A stretch of 64,000 bases of DNA from Vicinamibacteria bacterium (GTDB lineage: Bacteria > Acidobacteriota > Vicinamibacteria > Marinacidobacterales > Marinacidobacteraceae): positions 1,984,001 through 2,048,000 of the forward strand of contig OY821641.1 of NCBI GenBank assembly GCA_963555995.3, given 5' to 3'. The translations under genes were made by a program, and so were the position numbers. The stretch's first letter is position 1. Each line of letters starts with the position of its first letter. Shown piece after piece: positions 39,836-47,791 of this stretch. Below the pieces are notes generated by a model. That model was not told the origin of the DNA and did no database searches. It saw only the letters and a program-made list of their open reading frames with translations.

Positions 39836-40945
39836 GTGAACGTTCCCGGCGTGCGGCGGGGACGCTGCCGGAGACGCCATCCGTTCCCGGCGGCGCTGGC
39901 GGCGCTCTGCATCGCCGCGCCGGTGCTCACCGTTGGTTCCGCCGCGGCGCAGGATGAGGACCCGCTCCGCATTGATCTCCACTCGCATCCGTCGCGCTTC
40001 CACCGGGCCAACGTGCCGCGGATCAGCGACGAGGAGATCGCCCGCTACCTCGACCGCGGGATGGACGCGGTGGTGGCCACCATCAGCACCGACACTCCCT
40101 ACCGCGGCGGCTACGTGCTGCGCGACGGCACCCGGATCGAGGGCGGGAATCGCCGCCCGGACCCGGCGGAACCGTGGGAATACACGCTCGACCGCTTCGA
40201 GCGGTTGACCCGCACCGTCGCCGAGGGCAACGCGGTCTTCGTGCGGACTCCGGCCGAGGCGCGGCAGGCCCGGGCCGATGGCAAGCTCGCGATCCTTCCC
40301 GCGGTCGAAGGCGCGGACTCGCTGGAGGGCCAGATCGAGCGGCTCCACGAACTGCACGAGATGGGCCTCGCCCTCGCGCAGCTCGTCCACTTCCGTCCGA
40401 ACGGGATCGGCCACATCCAGACGTGGCCCTACACCCCCGGCGGGCTGACCGAGTTCGGGCGCGAGGTGGTGCGCGAGTGCAACCGGCTGGGGATCGTCAT
40501 TGATCTCGCCCACGCCAATCCCGAGACCATCCGGGACACCCTCGAACTCTCGACCGCTCCGGTCATCTTCAGCCACACCGGGGCCTTCGCCCTCGGCGAG
40601 GCCGACCGGAACCTGCGCGATCCGGAGATCCTGGCGATCGCCGAGGACGGCGGCGTGATCGGGATCTGGCCGAACGGCCGTCAGGTTCCCACCGTCTCCG
40701 ACATGGCGCGTCACGTCCGCCACGTCACCGACCTCGGCGGGATGGGCGCCGCGGGGATCGGGAGCGATCTGAGGGGGATGTCGGCCTACAGCGAGGGGTT
40801 CGGCGACGAGGCGAACTTCGAGGCCATCGCGGAGGCCCTCGCCGAAGCCGGCTTCGACTCCGACGACGTCGAGGCGATCCTCGGCGGCAACTTCGAGCGG
40901 GTGTGGGAGGCGATCACCGCCCACCTCCCCGCCGAAACTCCATAG
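39836..40945 (+). CDS. M19 membrane dipeptidase family protein
   Basis: DLHSH, VEGA, GLTEFGREVV, IDLAH, FSHT, IGSD, ILGGNF. Confidence 0.9.
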   Translation: MNVPGVRRGRCRRRHPFPAALAALCIAAPVLTVGSAAAQDEDPLRIDLHSHPSRFHRANVPRISDEEIARYLDRGMDAVVATISTDTPYRGGYVLRDGTRIEGGNRRPDPAEPWEYTLDRFERLTRTVAEGNAVFVRTPAEARQARADGKLAILPAVEGADSLEGQIERLHELHEMGLALAQLVHFRPNGIGHIQTWPYTPGGLTEFGREVVRECNRLGIVIDLAHANPETIRDTLELSTAPVIFSHTGAFALGEADRNLRDPEILAIAEDGGVIGIWPNGRQVPTVSDMARHVRHVTDLGGMGAAGIGSDLRGMSAYSEGFGDEANFEAIAEALAEAGFDSDDVEAILGGNFERVWEAITAHLPAETP

Positions 40946-40955
40946 GGGGGAAACC

Positions 40956-42071
40956 ATGAACCGCCTGGCTTTCACGAGCGTTGACCCGCGGCTGCCGGCC
41001 GCCCTCGCCGTCCTCGCGCTGTTCGGCGGGTGCGGCGGGTCCGAACCCGAACCGACCCTCGACGAGACCTTCGCCGCAATCGTGGCGGAGGCGCGCGACG
41101 CCGCCGGCAGTCCCGGCCTTTCCGCCGCCGTCGCCGTGAACGGGGCAATGGTCTGGAGCGGCGCTTCCGGTCTGGCCGACGTCGAGAACGGGGTCCCGGC
41201 GACCGCGGACAGCGTCTACCGGATCGCTTCCATCTCGAAGCCGGTGGCCGGGGTCGCGCTCATGCAGCTCGTCGAACAGGGCGCCATTGACCTCGACGCC
41301 GAGGTGCAGACCTACTTCCCCGCCTTCCCCGAGAAGGAGCACCCCGTCACCGTCCGCCACCTGATGACGCACACCTCGGGAATCCGGCACTACAACCCGG
41401 GCGAAATGGACATGAAGGACCACTTCGACACCATCGAAGCCGCCATCGAGATCTTCAAGGACGACCCGCTGCTGTTCGAGCCGAGCACGCAGTACAGCTA
41501 CTCCTCCTACGCTTGGAACATCGTGGCCGGGATCGTCGAGAACGTCTCCGGGCAGAGCTTCGACGACTACATGCACGAAAACGTCTGGGGGCCGGCGGGG
41601 ATGGACGCCACCTACCTCGAGCACCAGGGCGAGATCGTCCCGAACCGAGTCCGGCAATACGTGAAGCGGGAGGACGGCGCCGGGGTCCTGAACGCCCCGT
41701 TCGCGGACCTCTCGATCAAGTGGGCTGGCGGGGGGATGATCGCGAAGGCCCCGGATCTGGTCCGCTTCGCCCTCGCGCTCGACGCCGAAACGATCCTCTC
41801 GGCGGACACCCACGACCGGATGACGACGCCGTACCAGCTCGCTGACGGCACGATGAGCGAATACGCGCTCGGCTGGCGGATCGCGACCGACGAGGCGGGC
41901 ACCTGGGTGGCGCACTCCGGAGGCGCCACCGGCGGCTCCACGCGCCTCCTGCGCCTTCCCGAACGCGGCGTGGCGGTCGCCGTCTTCTCGAACGTCCAGA
42001 GCGCGCAGGGTCTCCCCGAGACCGCCCGCCGGCTCGCCGAGGCCGCCCTCGAGCACACCCCGGCACCCTGA
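40956..42071 (+). CDS. Serine hydrolase (beta-lactamase/S12 family), probable lipoprotein
   Basis: SISK, LMTHTSG, YSS and HSG motifs; Cys after the signal peptide. Confidence 0.9.
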   Translation: MNRLAFTSVDPRLPAALAVLALFGGCGGSEPEPTLDETFAAIVAEARDAAGSPGLSAAVAVNGAMVWSGASGLADVENGVPATADSVYRIASISKPVAGVALMQLVEQGAIDLDAEVQTYFPAFPEKEHPVTVRHLMTHTSGIRHYNPGEMDMKDHFDTIEAAIEIFKDDPLLFEPSTQYSYSSYAWNIVAGIVENVSGQSFDDYMHENVWGPAGMDATYLEHQGEIVPNRVRQYVKREDGAGVLNAPFADLSIKWAGGGMIAKAPDLVRFALALDAETILSADTHDRMTTPYQLADGTMSEYALGWRIATDEAGTWVAHSGGATGGSTRLLRLPERGVAVAVFSNVQSAQGLPETARRLAEAALEHTPAP

Positions 42072-42084
42072 AAACGGCGCACCG

Positions 42085-42232
42085 CCCTGGAACGCCGGTC
42101 TCCAGACCGGCACCGCGGCGCTCCGCGCCGCACACGACGAAACCCCACGTCGCCCCACGGCACGCCCGCCTTGGAACGCCGGTCTCCAGACCGGCACCGC
42201 GGCGCTCCGCGCCGCGCACGACGAGACCCCAC
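42085..42232 (+). repeat. Tandem REP units (~84-bp period)
   Basis: GGAACGCCGGTCTCCAGACCGGCACCGCGGCGCTCCGCGCCGC twice. Confidence 0.85.
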
Positions 42233-42320
42233 ACAGAAATGGCGGCCCCCGCCCCGGCGCGGAACTCAAGAGCGGACGTGGCGCCAACGGCTTACACGCC
42301 GGCCTCCGTCCAGCGCGCAG

Positions 42321-43037
42321 TCAGCCGAACAGACCGGGCGGAGAGCCGCCTCCCGGTCCCGGGTCCTCGCCTCCGGCCAGCGGCTCCACGCAGCGCGGGT
42401 CGTCGTTCGCCGGACTGTTCACGAGGGGACTGACCCGGAAGCCGGTCATCGCCTCCGGCGGATAGGGACCGAGCGGCACTTCCCCGCCGCCGAGCCAGTC
42501 GCCGAACGCCGCCGGGGGCACGATGACCGGCATCCGGTCGTGGATTCTGCCCACCACGCGGTTCGCCTCGGTGGTCAGGATGGTGAAAGTCTCAAGATGT
42601 TCGGAACCCGCGGCATCGAGGAACCCCGGCGGCGGCCGCCATCGCTCGAAGAGCCCCGCGAGCGCGAACGGTCCCCCTTCGCGCATGCGGAAGAGCCACG
42701 GCTGCCGGCGCCGCCCCAGACGCTCCCACTCGAAGAAACCGTCCACCGGGATGAGACACCGCCGGGCGCGGAACGCGTCGCGGAACGACGGCCGGACGCC
42801 GGCCGTCTCGGCGCGGGCGTTGATGAGGCGGTTCCCGATGGACGGGTCCGGGGCGCCGTTCGGGATCAGGCCCCAGCGGAGCATCCGCAGCTGGCGGACG
42901 TCTTCGTTCCGCACCACCGCCGCGAGTTGGGTCGGCGCGATGTTGTAGCGGGGCGGCAGGTCTTCCGGGATCTCCTCGAGGTCGAAGAGTTCGGCAGCCT
43001 CTTCCGAGGAACAGGACTGGATGAAGCGGCCGCACAT
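42321..43037 (-). CDS. SOS response-associated peptidase (SRAP/YedK/HMCES)
   Basis: MCGRF, RYNIAPTQ, WGLIP, INARAET, GFFEW, IHDRMPVI. Confidence 0.95.
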   Translation of the reverse strand: MCGRFIQSCSSEEAAELFDLEEIPEDLPPRYNIAPTQLAAVVRNEDVRQLRMLRWGLIPNGAPDPSIGNRLINARAETAGVRPSFRDAFRARRCLIPVDGFFEWERLGRRRQPWLFRMREGGPFALAGLFERWRPPPGFLDAAGSEHLETFTILTTEANRVVGRIHDRMPVIVPPAAFGDWLGGGEVPLGPYPPEAMTGFRVSPLVNSPANDDPRCVEPLAGGEDPGPGGGSPPGLFG

Positions 43038-43164
43038 GGGTCAGGTCAGGCGGGCTGGACTACCGAATCTGCGCGTCGCGAGAGCGGGTGGCATTACGAC
43101 GTGCGCGGCGCGGAGCGCCGCGCGTGCCGGCCTGGAGACCGGCGTTCCTATAGGTTTCACAGCG

Positions 43165-43345
43165 CCCATACGGGCGATTTTTTACTGCTTCGCGCAGTGG
43201 CCAATCCGCCGGGAGCACCTTGGCGTTCCCAGTGCCAGTCAGCACCTTGCTTGGACTTGTGCCCCGACGGATGGCCGGGATGGAGGCCCCGTCAGAGAGT
43301 CAGCGCCACCGAGTGCCCAGTATAGGAGACGGCAACGTCGCGGCA
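43165..43345 (+). ncRNA. Predicted bridge RNA (ends approximate)
   Basis: Target guides GGCGTTCC (43222-43229) and GCTTGGA (43249-43255); donor guides AGAGAGTC (43294-43301) and TATAGGA (43321-43327); each pair lies in a stem-closed internal loop. Confidence 0.82.
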
Positions 43346-43391
43346 GGCCAGCGAAGCCCCAGCAGAGCACGACGCTCGAAGGAACACGACG

Positions 43392-44654
43392 ATGAGTCAT
43401 CTCGTCTCCTGGTTCGCCGGCATCGATCTCGGTGATCGTAGGCATCACGTTCACCTGACCGACGCGGCCGGCGTGGATCTTGGTGAGGCCTCTTTCTCCC
43501 ACGGGGGGAGAGGCATCGCCCAACTTCTTTCCTGGCTCCTGGACAAGACCGGGGCGGATCCCGGTTCGATCGGGGTGGCGCTCGAGGTTCCCCACGGCGC
43601 GGTGGTGGACGGGTTGCTGGACCGTGGCTTCGCGACCTTCGCGGTCAACCCGAAGCAGGCGGACCGCGCGCGCGAGCTGCTGACCCTGTCGGGGGCGAAG
43701 GACGATCCGCGGGACGCCGAGGGTCTGGCGCTGGCGCTGCGCGTGGTCCCCCGGATCTTCCGGCACCTGCAGCCGAAGCACCCGGTGCTGGTGCTGCTCC
43801 GGGACCGCGCGCGGCTGCGCGCGGACCTGGTGAAGCAGCGGACCCGGCTGAGCCAAAAGATCCGGGCGCAACTGCTGCGCTACTTCCCGGCGATGTGGGC
43901 GCTGGCGGGAAGCCTGTCGGGGCTCTGGGGCGGCTTGTTCCTCACCCTGTGGGAGCGGGCCCCGACCCCGGAGCGGGCGCGGCGGCTGCACCGCGGCACG
44001 GTGGCGAAGGTGTTGGCGCGGTGCAAGATCCGCAAGCGCACCGCGGAGGAGGTGGTGGGTGTGCTGCGCCAGCCAGCCCCGGTGGTCGCCCCGGGAGTGA
44101 CCGATGGGGCGGTGGAGACCATCGGGATGCTGGTGGCCCAGTTGCGGCTGGTGCACGAACAGGTGAAGGCGTTGGACCGGGGGATCGCCGCGTTGCTCCA
44201 GCAACTGCCGGCGGCGCTCGGAGAAGCTGATGAAGAAGCAGACGGCGGGGACTCGCTGACCCGGCTGCTGTCGATGAAGGGCGCCGGGCCGGTGGTTGCC
44301 GCGGGCCTGTTCGGAGAGGCGGGCGATCTCTTGGTGGAAGGCAGCCTCGGGCAGACCCGCGCCTATCTCGGCGCCGCGCCGGTCACCAGGAAGTCCGGGG
44401 GGAAAGAGACGCATCACAAACGGCGGGCGGTGAACCGCCACGGGCAGAACGCGCTCTACCACTTCGCGATGGCCGCCATCGCCGCCGATCCCGGCTTCCA
44501 GCGACAAAAGGAGATCCTCAAGGCCCGTGGGCACAACCACGCCCGCATCCTCAGAACCCTGGGGGACCGGCTCCTGAGGATCTTCTTCGCCATGCAGCGC
44601 GACAAGACCCTCTACGACCCGGAGCGCACCCTCCAGAAGGCGGCCGCCGCGTGA
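43392..44654 (+). CDS. IS110 family recombinase (DEDD RuvC-like plus Tnp20 domain)
   Basis: FAGIDLG, VALEVP, VNP, KDDPRDA, APVTRKSG. Confidence 0.95.
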   Translation: MSHLVSWFAGIDLGDRRHHVHLTDAAGVDLGEASFSHGGRGIAQLLSWLLDKTGADPGSIGVALEVPHGAVVDGLLDRGFATFAVNPKQADRARELLTLSGAKDDPRDAEGLALALRVVPRIFRHLQPKHPVLVLLRDRARLRADLVKQRTRLSQKIRAQLLRYFPAMWALAGSLSGLWGGLFLTLWERAPTPERARRLHRGTVAKVLARCKIRKRTAEEVVGVLRQPAPVVAPGVTDGAVETIGMLVAQLRLVHEQVKALDRGIAALLQQLPAALGEADEEADGGDSLTRLLSMKGAGPVVAAGLFGEAGDLLVEGSLGQTRAYLGAAPVTRKSGGKETHHKRRAVNRHGQNALYHFAMAAIAADPGFQRQKEILKARGHNHARILRTLGDRLLRIFFAMQRDKTLYDPERTLQKAAAA

Positions 44655-45132
44655 CCTCCGCGGTGGACCTCATCCGGGGGACGACACCGAGCACCCGCGC
44701 GGGCGCCGGTCGAGCTGCCGGATGGCGCTGCCCTCCCGAAGGGGAGCGCCAACGCCACCCGGAGAAGGCGGACGGACGAGAGGGACACTGCACCTGGCCG
44801 GATCACTGCTCCCGGCCATCACAACCCCTCGCACAGTCCTTGCGGTCCGCCAGCGCACCCGAAGGGCCGGAGCGAAGCGGAGGAGGCGCGGAGCGCCTTG
44901 CCGCTGTGCGGATCGCAAGGACTACGCTGCCGGGTGATGGCCTCGGTCCGGCTCGCCCCGGCCCGAACCTCCCGCCTCCCCGGCTCGTAGACAAACACCT
45001 GTGGGAGGTGGGGGAAGCGGTTGCACCAGCCGGCTCCCCTCATCGCGACTGTGCCACCGCACCCCGCTTCCCCCGCCTCCCACAGCTCCACTTTCTTCCC
45101 AATCTCAACCCTTGCAAAAAGGTAGAGAGTCC

Positions 45133-45310
45133 AAGCCGTACGGGCATCCGGGTTCAGGGCGTTGCGCCCTTCCGCGGCGCGGAGCGTCGCGCGTGCCGGT
45201 CTGGGGACCGGCGGTCCAAGCCGTGCGGGACATCCGGGTTCAGGGCGAAACGCCCTTCCGCGGCGCGGAGCGCCGCGGGTGCCGGTCTGGAGACCGGCGT
45301 TCCAGGCCGG
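45133..45310. repeat. Tandem REP+spacer units, continuing the array that begins at 43105
   Basis: ~86-bp period: AAGCCGT..GG..CATCCGGGTTCAGGGCG...CCCTTCC followed by REP. Confidence 0.85.
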
Positions 45311-45324
45311 CTTGCCATCCGGAA

Positions 45325-47391
45325 TCAGGGGTTTTCGCCGTCGGTAGTGGTGCGCTTCTCGTTGCCCGCCTCGCCGGGGGCCGGCTCCCACTCGTATTCG
45401 ATTCCGCGGACATGGCGCTCGAACCAATCGAGCTCGACGTTGACCTTGAAGAGCTGGTGGCGGAGTTCCCGGAGGCCGTGCGGCTCCCGGGGCGCGATGT
45501 AGAGGTGGGTGTCCACGCCGTTCGTCCGGAGCGCCCGGTAGAGCTCGACGGACTGGGGCGCGGGCACGCGCACGTCGTTCTCGCCGACGATCACGATGGT
45601 GGGCGTCGTGACCCGGTAGATGTCCTTCAGCGGGGAGTTCCCCCAATAGACGTCGATCGGGGCGTCCTCCTGCCACGGCGTCCCGCCGAACCAGGGCGTT
45701 CGCGGGAACCGGACGTCGCTCTGCCCGTACATCGAGATCCAGTTCACCGCCCCGGCCCCCGAGGACGCCGCCTTGAAGCGGCCGGTGTGGGTGATGATCT
45801 TGTTGGTCATGTGGCCGCCCGCGCTCCAACCCATCTTGGCCATCCGGTCGCCATCGGCGATTCCCCGCTCGATCAGGGTGTCCACGCCCGCCATCACGTC
45901 GAGGTGGGCCTGGTGGAAGTAGTGGCCGACCATGTCCCGGAGGAACTCATCGCCGTAGCCGGTGCTGCCCCGGTAGTTGGGCTTGAACACCGCGTAGCCC
46001 CGGGCCGCCAGCACCTGGACGTAGTTGCTCCAGCGGCCGAAGGAGAACTTGTCGGAGGACTGCGGCCCCCCGTGGGTCTGCACCACCAGCGGGTATCGCT
46101 GTCCCTCCTGGTAGTCGAGGGGATAGAAGAGCAGGCCCTCGACCTCGACGCCGTCCTCGCCGTTCCAGCGGACGGCTTCCTGGACCGGCAGCGCGAAGGT
46201 CTCGTCGAGGTAGTCGAAGACGCTCGTGACCTTGACCGGATCGCCGCCAGCCGCCGGCAGCAGGTGGAGGTCGCCGTTGTTCTCGCGGTTGCTGATGCCG
46301 AAGACGTGCCATCCGGCCGCGGAGGCGAAGTTCCACCCGACGACGGTGTGGTCACCGGCCGTGAGCGGGGCGGGCTCGGGGTCATCCAAGGCCCCGTGGA
46401 AGATCTGGCTGCGGACGCCGGTGTTGCCGATGAAGTAGATCGAACCGTCCGGAGCCCAGGTCGCTCCGTTCGCCTCGTGGGGCCAGTCCTCCCAGAGCAA
46501 GCGATGCGGCCCGCCGGCGGCGGGCACGAGGAACGCGTTCCGGTTGTGGTACGTCTCGAACTCGGCGTTGGCCCCCGAAACGAAAAGGACCTGGGAACCG
46601 TCCGGGGAGAGTTGCGCACCGCTCTCCACCACCGTGTTGTCGGTCAACTGGAGGGCGTTCCCGCCGTCCGCGTCCATGATCCAGACCTCGCCCTCGTCGC
46701 GGTTGTCGAGGAGCGGGGTCGGGGCCCGGGAGTGGGCGATGCGCGCCCCGTCGTGCGAGAGCCGGAACTCCAGGATCGAGAAGTCCCCCCGGGTGATCCG
46801 TTCGGCGTCCCGCGGCCCCGCGCCGGCCGTCGCCACCCGGAAGAGGTGGCGCTGCTTGTAGTCCTCGTCGAAGGCGAAGAAGTCGTCCCGGAGATCGTCT
46901 TTCCGCTTCTCCTCCGCCGTCTTCGGATCGGGCGCGAGGAAGTAGATGTGTTCGCCGTCCGGGGAGAATGCGAACGACTGCACCGAGCTCTCGTGCTGCG
47001 TCAGTGCAGTCGCCTCCCCGCCCCGGTTCGACAGCCGATAAATCTGCTGGAAAGGACCCTGACCCCGGCGCGCCAGGAACGCCACCCAGTCACCGTCCGG
47101 TGACCAGCGCGGGCTGGACTCTCCATTTTCGCCGCCCGTCAGCCGGATGTCGCCGCTGCCATCCGTCCCGATCCGGTGGATGTGCGTCGTGCGGCCATTC
47201 TTCTCCCAGTCGGTGTCCGACCGGGTGTAGAGCAACTCGGTTCCGTCCGGGGAAAGGCGCGGACTGCCGATCTGCGGGACATCAATGAGTTCCACGATCG
47301 TCATCGGCCGCTTTTCCTGCGCCGACGCGGCGACAGCCAGCGCCAGCAGGGCGCCGGCCGCCACGGAATGGGTAATCACGGAATGGCGCAT
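45325..47391 (-). CDS. S9 family peptidase (paralog 1)
   Basis: HGGP, NYRGSTGYG, GWSAGG, GENDVRVP, EPHG; signal peptide. Confidence 0.93.
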   Translation of the reverse strand: MRHSVITHSVAAGALLALAVAASAQEKRPMTIVELIDVPQIGSPRLSPDGTELLYTRSDTDWEKNGRTTHIHRIGTDGSGDIRLTGGENGESSPRWSPDGDWVAFLARRGQGPFQQIYRLSNRGGEATALTQHESSVQSFAFSPDGEHIYFLAPDPKTAEEKRKDDLRDDFFAFDEDYKQRHLFRVATAGAGPRDAERITRGDFSILEFRLSHDGARIAHSRAPTPLLDNRDEGEVWIMDADGGNALQLTDNTVVESGAQLSPDGSQVLFVSGANAEFETYHNRNAFLVPAAGGPHRLLWEDWPHEANGATWAPDGSIYFIGNTGVRSQIFHGALDDPEPAPLTAGDHTVVGWNFASAAGWHVFGISNRENNGDLHLLPAAGGDPVKVTSVFDYLDETFALPVQEAVRWNGEDGVEVEGLLFYPLDYQEGQRYPLVVQTHGGPQSSDKFSFGRWSNYVQVLAARGYAVFKPNYRGSTGYGDEFLRDMVGHYFHQAHLDVMAGVDTLIERGIADGDRMAKMGWSAGGHMTNKIITHTGRFKAASSGAGAVNWISMYGQSDVRFPRTPWFGGTPWQEDAPIDVYWGNSPLKDIYRVTTPTIVIVGENDVRVPAPQSVELYRALRTNGVDTHLYIAPREPHGLRELRHQLFKVNVELDWFERHVRGIEYEWEPAPGEAGNEKRTTTDGENP

Positions 47392-47482
47392 GACGCACCT
47401 CCTGAGGAATCTGTTTGTGGACCAGGGATTGTCGCCGTTCGTGGCCGCGGTGCGGACCCCGGTCATGAAAGTGGCGGACACA

Positions 47483-47710
47483 GCTTGGAACGCCGGCTTC
47501 AGCCGGCACAGCGGGCCGAAGGCCCGCGGAGGTCGCGGCGCTGTTCGCGGTGATGGAACGAGAGCAGAGCACCACCGCGCCGCTCGCCGTGGTGCCGTGC
47601 GCTGCGCTGTCGCGCAGCGCGTGCCGGTCTGAAGACCGGCGCTCCCAGCCGGCGGCGCAACTGTCGCTGGTTGAGCTTTCGCCCAAACTGCATTTTCACA
47701 GCAACCGGCT
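47483..47710. repeat. Composite REPIN-like element
   Basis: Inverted REP pair plus GTTGAGCTTTCGCCCAAACTGCATTTTCACAGCAACCGG tail; relatives at ~20518, ~21443 and ~63187. Confidence 0.75.
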
Positions 47711-47791
47711 GGCGGTCCAGGCGGGGCGCCGGCACGCGGCAGTCGTGCATCTGCTGCGGCCCCGCCGGCCGCGTGGCGGTTGCACGGGCCG

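Larger units (their letters stand above)
43146..45132 (+). mobile_element. IS110 family element inserted at a REP end
   Basis: TCC at both junctions; removing the element restores a REP+spacer unit like the neighbouring one at 45174-45259; no TIRs. Confidence 0.9.

Noticed and set aside
42085-45310. Tandem palindromic repeats as a CRISPR array
   Set aside because: Only 2-3 units per cluster, the spacers are themselves repeated, the same repeat is scattered genome-wide like a REP, and there are no cas genes.
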